In this document: piece by piece, positions 15,710 through 30,387 of the stretch
Layout of the letters: each line of letters begins with the position of its first letter
How positions within the stretch are numbered: the first letter of the stretch is position 1
NCBI GenBank assembly: GCA_012295275.1
Contig: CM022674.1
Span: 2,852,001 to 2,916,000, forward strand
Direction of reading: 5' to 3'
DNA length: 64,000 nt
From: Chrysomallon squamiferum
Taxonomy: Eukaryota; Animalia; Mollusca
Position numbers and translations under genes: made by a program
Notes under the pieces: model-generated
What the model saw: only the letters and a program-made list of their open reading frames with translations
Databases searched by the model: none
Told to the model about the DNA's origin: nothing

Positions 15710-16595
15710 CGTGTGTATTTATGTGTGTGTATGTGGTTTGTATGTGTTGTGGAACCACTGTCTGAATTACTTATATAAATCTAAGTGCGTCTATTTTTAC
15801 TATATTGTAGAAAATCAATTTTTCTTTCTTTGTTTTTTCTTTTCTTCTTATTAATTGCTTTATTTCTAGTCCTTTATAAACACTACCTCAGCTTTTCAGA
15901 ATTACCAGTTCAGCCACTGTATCTGAAACAAACAAACAAACAAACAAACAAACAAACAAACAAACAAAACTAATAAACATAGGTGCAGGTTTAGAAACCA
16001 TTAACTGAAATGCTTGGGACAGAAAATTTCGGAATATCGGATAAGGTGGGGGGGGGGGCGAGCCTCAACCCGAATTTCGCATCTGCATAACAAATATCAG
16101 AACAGAGTGAAAATTAATAAAAAAAAAAAAAAAATAGAATATATGAAATAGTTCATCAATGAGTGATGTCAATAACCTCTAACTATTGAAGATGAAAGCG
16201 AGATTGTCGTATAGATTGGATTCTCCGTTCATGATAATATTAAAATCAGTATATTAATCTTTTTGATATTGTTTTATCAGAAATATATTGGAGAAGGAAC
16301 GGGGACGCGATCTCACAAACCTAGTCTACCCCAGAGGATAAATATCAGTTTATATAATTGTCAATGATTATTGATAACTATAGTTCACAAATTCTGAATG
16401 ACCTTTTGAACTTTGACCCGATGTAAGTGACCGATATCCCATTAAACATAATAAGACCAATGAGTTAAATTGCAGCATGATTGTTATAATAATAAAGACT
16501 ATAATAATGATTATGATGGTATCATGATAGCGTTAGTAATAATAATTATAATAACAATAATAATACTAATAAAGATGATGATAATAATAATAATG

Positions 16596-16656
<61 letters not shown>

Positions 16657-16997
16657 TAATAATCATAATAATAATAATAATAATATAGTTTGTCTTTTAT
16701 TTTATATAAATATGTACATTTCTCTTTTTTGGTGTTATTTCAGTTAGGTAACAGAGTAATTTCAATAAGCATTTGTTAAATCATGTCTGTTGTTTTTCAT
16801 TGTTTTGTGAGATATGTCAAGCTATTTACTGCAAAAATCAATGACAATGGCTTTGTTTGTTCATGTTATTCTTTCTCTATGTTTCGTTTACTATTTTATT
16901 TTATATTGATGAATATATATATATATAATAATAATACATTCAGTATTGGATTGAGATTTGCAACGTTTTTCGTTTCATATAAATATATAGTACTACA

Positions 16998-17051
<54 letters not shown>

Positions 17052-17299
17052 TATGTATATTGTAATATATATAGAATGAAAATTAAAAAAAATTATAATT
17101 ACTACTTAAGATGTGCCTTCACGTGAAAGATTATGTTTTCAAAATAAAATGTTTTTTTTTTATTTAATTTGTTTATATTCAGTAAATTATTACAAACATA
17201 TGTAATCTGAGGTAGAGATGGATCATGCATTAACGCACACGCATTCACGCACATCACTCAGTAAATGAAATACTTCAACAACTAGTACTACTGCTTCTT

Positions 17300-17339
<40 letters not shown>

Positions 17340-17674
17340 CAACAACAACAACAACAACAATAATAATAATAATAATAATAACAATAACTTCTAGTAGTAC
17401 TACCACTGTTGTTGCTACTGCTACTACTACTACTATTACATCTACTACTACTACTGTTACTACAATTAATAATACTATTTTATCATCTTATATTATCTCA
17501 CAGAATGACTTACTTTGTCAAACTGTAGCTGTCATGAGACAGTGACTATTTTGTAAATTATGTTATATATGTGCACTTAATAAATATATTGTACGTTTGC
17601 AATAAATAATATTTAATGTACGGCTTTTCCTTCATTTCTTTATTTATAATGAGTCTGTGTTACGATACACACAT

Positions 17675-17712
<38 letters not shown>

Positions 17713-18037
17713 AATAATAATAAATAAATAAATAAATAAATAAATAAATATGTATAAAATAAATCCCTATTCAGCCAGCCAATGACTTGATCACGTGAGT
17801 CTCCATGACGACAGAATTGAAATAGGTCATTCATGGATGCTGGTCTGCTATTGGCAGGATTATATGAAAATCGCCCAAGTCCACAAAGTTTAAAGATATT
17901 TCACATAAACTAAAGGAGCAGGTGCGTTTATCCTGCAATATACATTTGATGGATCAATATGTTCGTGAAATGTCTGTGTCTTTTTTTTTTTTTCTTCTTA
18001 TTATTTACATTATTTTTATTGTTTTTGTTATTGTTAC

Positions 18038-18068
<31 letters not shown>

Positions 18069-18090
18069 GTTATTGTTATTGTTATTGTTA

Positions 18091-18163
<73 letters not shown>

Positions 18164-18900
18164 CAGCAGCAGCAGCACAATCATTATTGTTATACGATAA
18201 CAAAGTGTTTGCGGCCTCCAGTAAATCAACAACTTTACATTAACAATTTGGCTTTAAAAGTCATTGCTGAAAATATATAAAAGCTTTAACTCATTTTTTT
18301 GTAGTTCGTATATGTATAAGTGTAGGTTTTTTCCATCGAAAATATCATAAATTTGAATCCGAAATTTTCGATTTTAGAATCAAATTTTATTTTTTTAGAA
18401 TTTATTGTTCCCAAAAAGCGTTGGAATTATATCAGTTGTGTAACTATTTTTTTTATTTTTTTTTTTTTTTTTTTTTTCGTTAAGTACAATACAATGTTAA
18501 CATAACACAACTATCGTAAAAAAAATAAAGGATAATATTCCAACACAGGGACGCAACTGCGTCATGTTGCCATGAAGACCGCAGTTGTCAATGCGTTCTG
18601 CCAATCATTATTATTAATAATTTTACGCGTTAAACGGAAAGTTTTTCTAGTTCTTCCAAAATTTAAGAAATCTGTATACTAAATAGCCTTGAATTCTATA
18701 TTTTCTTATATTTAATGTTACACGGTATTGTCAGTTTTAGTGGAAATGTTGCCAACAAACGGTGTTTCGCTGTCATATAAAGGTGAAACAGGTTATACTC
18801 AAACATTTACGTCGCAAGCTGTTGTTTAAAATCAGCAGCAAAAATCGACTACATTGCGTAACTAATATTCCTTCATTTAATTCATTTATTATATTTCATG

Positions 18901-18931
<31 letters not shown>

Positions 18932-19979
18932 ACTCTTGAAAATGATTTATTGTGTCTGCTAATAACAAATGCCAGTTGACAGAGTCATTGATGCTGTGAC
19001 AAAGACTGTTTGGTGTACACGTAATTATTTTGTAAAATTTTGTTATTATATCTGATGTCGTGATAAAGAGGTTTGTCACGCTAGTCGAGTTTTCCTATCT
19101 TTTCTTTTCTGTTCTTTAATTTAAATTTAAATAAATTAAAATTATTTTAATTTTAATTTTAATTTTATTTATTTATTTATTTATTTATTTATTGAGACTG
19201 AGAAATACAATTTCCATTAATACCTTTAAAATAGTTTAAAAGTAAAGAAATAGTTATTTTTATTTAAAAGTGTCGTTAGTTTTACATAATATGTGTACAT
19301 ATATTATTATTATTAGTAGTAGTAGTATTATTATTATATTCATAATATATATATATTTTAAATTGGTTCATTATTAGTATTCGATTAACAGTATTAAAAA
19401 TACTTCTATATTCATTAGTAAACGGAAATGTGATGAGTTCTAGATTCAGTCATGTACGATGCCTTCTCTGCATGATTTCCCATTCCAGCATGTCGCTCCA
19501 AACACCCCACCAAAACAAAACATCAAGTAACATCGATTAACATTCCGCATTTATTAAAGCTCGATGTCAGTTCAAGTCCCTGCACTCTGAATGAATTTAT
19601 TACTTACAAATGTATTACTTGTCTCCCTTGGATACAATAAACTAGAAGAATATTCATTTTTTTTGCAATGAGTTTAAGCCAAATAATTATTCTTTTCGTA
19701 TAAACTGAACATCCAAAATGCTTTGTTTTTGCTTTAATTTTGTCATTCATCATTTTAATTTAACTTTTGTTTGTATATTCATACTGATGTTGAAGTACAT
19801 AACTAAATCTGTTTTTTCATACTGTTCTGTCTTTAGTTTTATTTTACTTTTTTATTTCATTTATGTATGTATGTATGCATTGTTATTCATTTCCTTTTTT
19901 CTTGATCTCTTTATTTATTAATAATTTTTTTTTAAAGAGTCGATAAATTGCCTGAAATCCTGTTAAGATGGTTCTGCTG

Positions 19980-20312
19980 TATACATGTATGTGTGTATGT
20001 ATGTATGTGTGTGTGTGTGTATATATGTATGTATGTATGTATATATATATGTATGTATGCATGTTTCTATATACGTATGTATGTATATATGTATGTATGT
20101 ATGTATGTATTTATGTATGTATGTATGTATGTGTGTGTGTATGTATATATGTATGTATGTATGTATGTATGCATGTATTTATATATGTATGTATGTATAT
20201 ATGTATGTATGTGTGTATGTATGTGTGTGTGTATGTGTATGTATGTATGTATGTATGTGTGTATGTATGTGTGTATGTATGTGTGTATATATGTATATGT
20301 GTGTGTGTGTGT
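19980..20312. repeat. (TATG)n/(TG)n compound microsatellite
   Basis: Directly visible. Confidence 0.95.
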
Positions 20313-21439
20313 GCTTCTATATACAGTTCATTATATTCTGAATGTGTCTCCTGCACTACGTAAAAATCAATTTAACTCTAATAACAAGACTGATTTTTTC
20401 AAAACTGCTGCGTGTTTGTGAAGAACCTGTCATACGTCCATTTGCTCGACGTGACTGATGGCAGCTGGTTAATGAGTTCTTTTAACTAAGGTCAGCTGGT
20501 TCAAGAACGCTCTGTGTGGTCCGATTATTACGTTTCAAATCTATTTCTCAGCGAAACCACTGTTTTACATATCGATGTTTGTACTCGATTTTTTTTTTTT
20601 TTTTTTTTTTTCGCTTGTGTTTCTTAGTTCTTCTGTTTTTAGTTCCGTCTTTCTGTTAATGTAGTTGCAGTTGTAGCTGTAGTAGTTAATAAGAGTAGCA
20701 GAAGTAGAACTAGTAATATTAGTAATTCTAGTAACTGTCATAGTTTTAGTATCAGAGTAATAATAGTGCTAGTAGTAATAATAGTAACAATAGTAGTAGT
20801 AGCAGTAGAAGTACTATTAGTAATAGTAGAGGTAGTGTAGTAGTAGTGTAGTAGTAGTGGTGGTAGTAGTAATGCAGTAGTAGTTGTTGTAGTAGTAATA
20901 GTGCTTACTTATCGCATGATGTTGTTTTGGGTTTTATTATTATTATTATTATTATAATTTATGTGTATTTTAATTTGTGTGTATTTTAATTTTTACATGG
21001 GAGATTAGGTGACTAAATGTAATTAAACACTAATGATGAAGCTACGTCAGTGACGTTTTGTCGTTGTCGTTGCTAGATTTGTCAACACTAGTTTTAACTG
21101 TCTTTAATTGACACTTTCTAAAGACATCCTGAGGACGTAATTACGAGCCGAGTATCGAGTGCACACGACACTTCACGAACTGATCTGCACACGGCCTTTA
21201 ATCAAATCCTTCAGTTTCTTCTCGTGCAGTCTTGATGTCTATCATAAATCGTATTTATTAACTGCACTTTAAACACGAGCAGGGGTGGTAATCGTTTTTG
21301 TTCTGCAAAGCACACTAAGATCGAAATTTACCTAAAATTGCTATGATTTGTATGTTAGCATCGAATTAAGAATTGATGTATACACAAAGTAAATTCTACA
21401 CCAGAAGGGAAAAGAGACACTCCACTCGATTTTAAAATA

Positions 21440-21798
<359 letters not shown>

Positions 21799-23137
21799 TC
21801 CTGTCCTCTGTGTAGACGTGTTGTACAGGTGACTCAGTGTACTAAATACTTACTCACTTTGTCTGATGTCGCTGGATCTAACAAGATATCATATCCATTT
21901 GAAAGCTACTGATTCATAAAACTCACTAAAGAAACTGACCGAATCATCCATTAGCGATGTTCTTGTAGTCGTATCCTCTTACAATAAGACAAACCCGCTA
22001 ACCCTCTGTGTGTCTGTGTGTGTGTGTGTGTGTGTGTAAGATATAAATCTTTTACTTTCGATCATTAATATATTAGTATAAATATATATGTATCAAACCC
22101 ATTAAGCAAAATCCATACCGATGATTAAACGCGTATAAAGTACACTTCAGTTTTTCTGAGTGGTATAAATGGTAACTCGATATTTATGAGCTTGGGAAAA
22201 GCTAAGATATCTAAATATATGTATAATGACGGAGATCGCTAATATGCCCTCTCTGTATAGATTTAGTTATCAGAAGAAATAACTCAGACGCTCCCAAAAC
22301 ATAAACACGGAATTTAAAATTGTTTACGTTGTAATGTCAAATTCCGGCAAAATTTCAGCCAGATCTTAAAGCTTATCTTTTGTAATTCGAAGAAGGAGTC
22401 TAAATTTATTTCTGAAAACGTCTAACCTGGATTTTAGTAGTTTTTTTTTTGTAGTCTAAATAATAAAGAAATAAAGCTGTATATATATAATAACAAAAAA
22501 ATATATAAAAATTTCCTGTTGACGTGACGTCAGTTCATAGATGATGGACAACTTTTTCTTGTCGAATAAAACATGGGTAACAGTCCGCCATGTATGTTAT
22601 GACGTCAAAACCCCAGCTGTGAATGGATAAAATGGCGGCGCTCAGATATTCTGACGTAGTGTTATTTTATTCTCATACTTTGTTATGATTCAACACAGGT
22701 CGCCATAAAAGTTATAAAACAATAGCTTACATTATTAAAAGAAACTTATTACATGTTGCATTCATATATAGCCACAGCTTTACTTTACATTACAAACTAA
22801 ACACAATTATTCGGAATCCTGAATACTGCCTAAGTGTTACTCATTTTTATCTATTTCTCTGTCTATCTATCTATATGCCTGCCTGTCTGTCTGTATGTAT
22901 GTATGTATACATATATATATGTGTGTGTGTATATACACATATACAGGTAGATAGATAGATAGATATAGATAGATAGATAGATAGATAGATAGAGAGATAG
23001 ATAGATTCATCATTTGTTTTATAGAAATATTTACTTTCAATATTTTTTTTATTCAAAGTACATCAGAACAAAAGAGATTTTCTATTTTAAAGTACTTTAT
23101 TCATTTTATTATTTTGAGGGAACAATTTTCCATTTAA

Positions 23138-23222
<85 letters not shown>

Positions 23223-23827
23223 TGTATAAATAGGTGTATATACGTACATCCATACACAAACATATTTACATCATCGTCATTTTTAGCATTTTAATCATAC
23301 GAAACACACGCATTGAATATTATTGAAGTATTACCATCATCACGCACATTTTTACCGATATTATTATTATTACAACGACATCAACAGTACCGTCATAGTC
23401 TTAACATCATCTTTATCGTTTCATAACCACATTTTTGTTCGCAACATTATCATACTTCTCAACCAGTAGGTATAACAAAATCCAATACTTCTGGTTAAAC
23501 TTAATAGTATTTAACCGTCCATTGGAATTCATTGATGATTTATCAAATCATCATCTTCTGTTTTAAAGAGAAATAGCAAAACTTCTGTTTTGCTTCTTTT
23601 GGCTGGAATAATCTTTCGCATCTAAAGTTCCATTAACAGAAAAGGGCATTAGACTGTTTTCGATTCGAAATTCGCAGCATGGAATAAGGAAGAGTAAAAA
23701 TAAAAATATAACGACGTGAAGAGATCTCACAGATCCTCCATATTTCTGTTCAGTTCTTTGAGAACTGTTTTTCATTCAGTTTTTGTAGCTTATTAACGTA
23801 GTCTGAAAAATAAAAGGACACTGTCTG

Positions 23828-25132
23828 TCAAACAGCGTCCTTATGCACTGAATTTTCTCCAGCACAGTTTGACACGGGTATGTCTATAATTGTTGATCTG
23901 CACGGAGCGGGAATGCTCTGATTGACAACACGTGTTTCATGAGAAATCCCTGAATCCCTGATTAGTCCGTTTCCCGTTTTTGAATTCATGTTGCGATTCA
24001 GATGCAAATCTTGAACTGTTTCATCCGTTTCACTCACTGTGCATTTTGGTTCAGTTCTGGCTTCAGAGATAGTTGTAAACGGCTGAAAATTTGGTTCATG
24101 TTTTGTTTCGTTCACAGAGATGGTTGTCGGCAGCAACGAAACTGAATTTGACGCCGATGTTTCAGTGGGAACATGCTCTGGTTCACCACTTATTGGCATT
24201 TCAGTTTCTACTGAGCTAGTTAGTGAGGTTGTGGTTTTGACAGTTTTATCAGAACCGCAGCTTGTTTCATTTTGCTTTTCACATTTCTCAATATCTGACA
24301 TAGCTGAAACACAACTGCTTTCATTCAGTACAAAGTTTCCTTTGTTATGTATATCTCCAACTGAAACAAAATGTGACCTCGATGTTTCGTTCTCTTGCTG
24401 TCGAGGTTCGATTTCAGTTTGCGAGGTAGTTTCATTCGACTGGGACGACACAAAGTTCACCTCGCTAGTTTCATTGATCACCTCGCTAGTTTCATTGTTC
24501 ACCTCGCTAGTTTCATTGTTCACCTCGCTAGTTTCATTGTTCACCTCGCTAGTTTCATCGTTCACCTCGCTAGTTTCATTGTTCACTTCCAGCAGTTCCG
24601 CGACGCATTGAAGAGACTCGATGTTAGTTTCATTCGACGCGTAATTCGCTTCGTTTCTTTCTTTCACATCCTCACACTCCGTCGAATCACGATTCTCAAC
24701 CTTTTCGTTTTTCAAAACAAGACTCGTCTGGTTCCGGCTAACCTCGCTGGTTTCCGTATTCTCCTCCAGCACGCACTGATCCAAGCCACTCGGTTTCGAT
24801 TCTCTTTGCCTGTTTTCAAACGCGCTGGTTTCGTTGACGTGGGTCAGGCTCGTGTTGGTCGAAATGGTTGCGATGTCGACGCTGCTGTCGGTACACATGG
24901 TGGATATGCTCTGCTGTCGTCTCCGTCGTTTCGGAACCCACTTACACACCATGCTGTCGTTGGCCGCACTCATGTCAACCCGCGACTCCAGCCAGAACGT
25001 CTCCATCAAACCTTTACCCTGTGTGCAATAGTAATAGTAACAGTAATAGTAGTAATAATAATAATAGTAGTAGTAATAATAATTGTAATAGTAATAATAG
25101 TAATAATAATAATAATCATAATAATAATAGTA

Positions 25133-25187
<55 letters not shown>

Positions 25188-25394
25188 TAATAGTAATAAT
25201 AACAATAACAACAACAACAACAATAAAAATAATAATAATAATAAAAAATAATAATAATAATAAAATAATAATAATTAATAATAATAATAATAATAAATAA
25301 TAATAATAATAACAACAATAATGATAATAATAATAATAATAATAATAATTATAATAATAATAATAATAATAACAATAAAACAATAACAATAAAC

Positions 25395-25473
<79 letters not shown>

Positions 25474-25496
25474 GTAACAACAACAACAACAACAAC

Positions 25497-25528
<32 letters not shown>

Positions 25529-26308
25529 CAATAAAAACATTAACAACAAAAACAACAACAACAGATGTATAGAAATACTAGATACATTAAATGATTTTCG
25601 TGGTAGTAGAACAAATAATTGAAGTAGTAGTTGTAGTAGTAACAACCTCGCTTTGATTAGCTGTCAGTATTAGCAATTGTATTAGAGCTAGAAATAATAG
25701 TAATAGTGGTGGAAATAATAGTAATAGTGGTGGTAGTAGCAGTAGTAGCAGTAGTAGCAGTAAAAAAATCTTAAGTAGAGTAGTATTCGTTGTGGCAGAA
25801 GTAGTAGTAATACCAGTAACATTAGTAAAATAGTCGTACTAACATATCTAGTAGTAGTTGTAGTTGTAGTTGTAGTAATTATATCAGAAGCTGTCGTAGT
25901 TGTAAAAGTAGTAATCCTGCTGCAGATGTTTACGGTTTCAGAAGCACAATTATTTTTTTTAATTTTTTTTTTTATTTTTTTTTTAAATATTTTTTGTGGC
26001 ATTAATATTAGCATTAGCAGAATAATATATATTCTCTATTTCCGTTTTCTTTTTCTTTCTTTCTGTTCCTGCCTTTAAAAGCTTTTTGATAGTTTTAACG
26101 TTTCTCTCATGCAGACCATGATTTATATATATTTATAGCTTTTCAGACGTAGTAATAAGAAGACAGAAAAAAGATTTTTGTTTGTTCTGACCTTTATATC
26201 AATCTCTCCTCGTCTGGTAATTGTGAATAGTCCAGTCTCTTCCAGTAGATCTCTGGTAGTCCTGCTGATGTGAATCTTTGAAGCTGAATAATAATAATAA
26301 TAATAATA

Positions 26309-26378
<70 letters not shown>

Positions 26379-26478
26379 CAATAACGATGATGATAATTAT
26401 GATAATCATGATAATGATAATAATAACGATGATGATAATGATAATAATGATGATCATAATAACAATAATAATAATAAC

Positions 26479-26509
<31 letters not shown>

Positions 26510-26975
26510 ACAATAATAATAAGTTATTTTTCTCTCTATCCATCTTTCTTCACATAAATTTATACCTCCCTCTGTCTTTCTCTCTTATTTTTATTAATCT
26601 TTTTTGTTTTCTTATTTCTGTCACTCTTTCTTTCTCATTATTTTTGCTGTCATTTCTTCTGTTTGTTTGTCTCTCTTTCTGTATCTCTTTCTCCTATACC
26701 TTATATACAATAATATCATTCGTCTCTCTCACACTCTGTTTTCTTTCACAGACAGACAGACAGACGGAAGTTACGTTATTTAAATGACGTACGCAAGCTG
26801 TTCGACTCCATTCTCGATGCAGTGTTGACGGTGTCACCAAACAGACAGTACCGCGGCATCTTTATTCCGACAACACCAGCTACACACGATCCTGAATACA
26901 GAATAGAACGAATATTATAATGTATTACAATAACACACACACAGACACACACACACACACAAATACTCACACATA

Positions 26976-27009
<34 letters not shown>

Positions 27010-27072
27010 CATACATACATACATACATACATACATACATACACACATAAATACTCACATATATACATACAT

Positions 27073-27107
<35 letters not shown>

Positions 27108-27852
27108 AAATACTCACATATATACATACATACATATACAAACATATAATGACATATGCATACATACATACACACAGATACACACACAGTCATACACTCA
27201 TCTATAATGACATATATCAGTCACACACACACACACACAGTGACACAGTATGTTTCTGTTAAGTTATTTATCTGTGCATTTACGAATTAATATTGTCTTG
27301 TGTTAAATTGAACTCTGCACAAAGAAACTGTCCAGGAAGGCAGGGAAGGAGGAACTCCAATCACGTCCTCACAAACTTCAGAATCTTATTAATGTTCTGC
27401 TTTATAATCCTAGGTGAGGAAGACATCAGGAAGATGAAGACAGAAATACACAGATGCAAACGACAATAGCAGCTTTCGTATTTCTCGTATGTATTTGAGA
27501 ATGCATATTCCGTTGTTTTATGTACGTGTTAATGTATGCATAGATCTATAAATGTAAGTATGTACGTGTGTTATGCAGGTATGTATATATGTATGTATTA
27601 ATATGTGTGTGTGTGTGTGTGTGTGTGTGAGCGTGCGCGCGCGTAAGGCTGTACGTACCAGTGTGTACACCAATCCTAAGTTTGAGTTTCTCGTCTCGTC
27701 TGTAAGGCACAGTCACCTGATTGACAGCTGACAACAGATCAATGGACATCGTGCCAATCTCTTGTGCATGCTGCAGAAATTAAATACATAAATAGATAAA
27801 TAAATAAATAAATTAATAAATTAATAAATAAATAAATAAATAAATTAATTAA

Positions 27853-27919
<67 letters not shown>

Positions 27920-29730
27920 ATTAATAATCGACCAAATACAGCCAACGAAACAAATCAACAAACTTGTCAATGAAAATGAATGAATGAATGAATAAATTTA
28001 TGGCTTGTTTTATAACACACGCATGAAAATGAAAGTAATGAAAAGTTGCAGCGTCCTGAAATTGAAGTTATTGTCGTACGGTTTAATTTCACACTATGTC
28101 ATATTTGATTTCGCCAATGTATTGAACTGTACTCTAAATATAAATAAAAAAAATAAAATATAATTAAGTAAATAAAAAAAAATATATAAAATAAAAAAAA
28201 AAAAAAAAAAAAAAAATAAAAAATAATAAAAAAAAAAAAAAAAAAAAAAAATAAAAAATTAAAATTAAAATTTCAATATAAACAAATACCCTGTTGCCGT
28301 TCCTAACGGGAAGTCCGCTGACCACCATGTACGCGTCCCCGATTGTCTCCACTTTGTAGACGTCATACGTGTCGATTCTGACGTCAAACGTCGAGTACAG
28401 GTTGTTGAGCATGTCGACGACCTCGTACGGCGACAGTCGAGCCGAAATGCTCGTAAAACCGACGATGTCCGAGAAAAATATCGTCACGCTCGGAAAGCTC
28501 TCGGCCGGGACGTTCTTTTTGTTTTTCAGCTGCACGGCAACGGACCTTCGGAAGCATTTGGAAGAGCAGGTTCTCCGTCAGCTGTTTCTCCTCGTTCAGC
28601 TGCATCGTCTTCTCTTCCAGGCCTTTCGCGTAGACGCAGATCCAGTCGGACATTTCGTGGATCCTGACCAGGACCGCGACTGACATTCCGAGGACGATGC
28701 AGCAGACGAAACACTGGAGAATGAGCCGACGAGTCAACCAGCTGAGTCCGTCCTCGTGCGCTTCCATTATCGCGCTCTCTATGGAGGCGAGTTCTGCGTA
28801 GAGAAGTTTCATTTGTGACGTGTACAGGTCAACTTCTGTTGCGTTCAGTGTAGCGTTGGAGCATGTAAGATTCGGCAGAACGCGAAACGACGGTGTTGGG
28901 TTAACGGAATCCTGCTGTTGTCTTTGACTTCGATGAAAGTTGTACGCGTCCATACTGGAAGCAGCGTCTGACAAAACGTTAACGTTAAAAGTGTCGCTTT
29001 CGGTGATGTTTTCCGTCGCGTCCAGGCACGCGAGGAAACAGAACGACAGCCGGACGGACGCTGATCCCAGCACGTGCATGATCGACTGGTGTTTCGCAGG
29101 CTCCGACCACGACACGTGCGACGACGTGTAAAACATGGGCACGACGTTTTTCACCAGCTCGTTGTAGTTCGTGTAAAACACCACGGCGTCTGAAATCACG
29201 AACGTGTCGTTTTTCAACTTTGCCAGCAGCGAAATCATCTCCGCGCACAACGTCCGCGGCGTCAGCAGAGGGAAGACGTTGCAGGCGTTCGCGTACCTCG
29301 TCCACGACGCATTGTCTCGATCCATCGAACCCAGAATACACGTGGTCTTGTTTCTGTCGAAAAGCTCTCGCAGAAGGTTAACGTTGACCGTGTGGGTGAG
29401 GTTCCTCAGCACCGCCAACCCTTTGATGACGTTGCCTAAGATCCCGGTCGTGTTCGTGTCCTTGACAACCGTAATTCCGTCATCGACGATGTCGATCAGC
29501 AAGACGGCAACGACTATGACGGCACCGATAATTGAGATGGCGGATATCTTGGAATACCTGAAGTTATTCCATTCCCTGAACTCCTGGATGGACCCAGACG
29601 ACTTTCGCTTCCTTCTGGTTTGTGTTTCCTTGACGTCTTTGACTTTGACCTCTCCGTTCGTGTAGCCGTCGGTCAGTTTGTGTGGACTCGCTTCGTCAGG
29701 ATGCACTTTGTTTTTGCAGTTTCTGATCAT
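23828..29730 (-). CDS. Membrane guanylate cyclase without a kinase-homology domain (2 TM + NIT-like loop + coiled coil + GC catalytic domain + long S/T/E/N-rich tail), about 977 aa if the frameshift is corrected
   Basis: Exons (minus): 29730-28290 (extra base at 28545/28546), 27770-27659, 26891-26793, 26283-26192, 25018-23828. All introns GT-AG with compatible phases (0,1,1,0). Catalytic motifs intact: [75 protein letters not shown]1 [21 protein letters not shown]; TM2 [20 protein letters not shown]. Confidence 0.9.
24456..24589 (-). repeat. Coding minisatellite, 21-bp unit x6 plus a partial copy, encoding (EVNNETS)n in the cyclase C-terminal tail
   Basis: + strand unit ttcacctcgctagtttcattg repeated nearly perfectly at 24456, 24477, 24498, 24519, 24540 and 24561. 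Confidence 0.95.
25027..25562. repeat. (AAT)n/(AAC)n array filling much of the last cyclase intron
   Basis: Directly visible. It abuts the acceptor of the final cyclase exon. Confidence 0.95.
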
Positions 29731-30343
29731 GTTTCTTTGACGGGAACATTGTTGAATTGTTCAGTCTGAAACGACGTTGATAAGACTTTGAAATGTCAAA
29801 AGAAAAAAAAAAAAAAGAAGAAAGAAAAAGAAAGTAGTGGAAGAAGAAGAGGAAGAAAGAATTAGAAGCAGTAGTTACTGCTGTTGTAGAGGTAGTAGTA
29901 GTAATAGTAATAGCAACAGTAATAGTAGTAGTAACAGTAGTACAAGCAATAGTAATAATAGTAGTAGAAGCAAAAGCAGTAGTAAAATTAGTAAAAAAAG
30001 ACGAAATTCTAGTAGCACCAATTCTAGTACTACTAGTAATATTTGCACTAGTAGTAACAGTAGCTGCATCAGAAATAAAATCAGTAGTAGACATAGTAGT
30101 AGTCGCTGTAATAAAAGTAAATAACGAAAACTCAGTAATAGATATAGGGAATTTTCGTAAATTTCTTGAAATGCTGTTTTCGAAAGGATCTAAATTCCTC
30201 GATTTCTAACAGTTAGGAAGCAGAAGTAGAGACTGAAAAAATATACTAACAACAGCAACAATAATAAATAACATTAACAGTAACAATAATGACTATAACA
30301 ACTACCTCAACAACAGTAGTAATAATAGTAATTGTAGTAGTAG

Positions 30344-30387
<44 letters not shown>

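Noticed and set aside
24120-25300. Plus-strand ORFs with FTSLVSL or HLASFIV repeats
   Set aside because: Antisense readings of the cyclase tail minisatellite.
25019-25318. Poly-I/Y N-terminus of the 496-aa ORF as a signal or TM segment
   Set aside because: It is intronic (TTA)n repeat. The real exon starts at the acceptor before GKG (25018).
29761-29763. In-frame TGA 11 codons upstream of the cyclase ATG as selenocysteine or readthrough
   Set aside because: No upstream initiating ATG in the candidate 5' exon and no SECIS seen; most simply 5' UTR.
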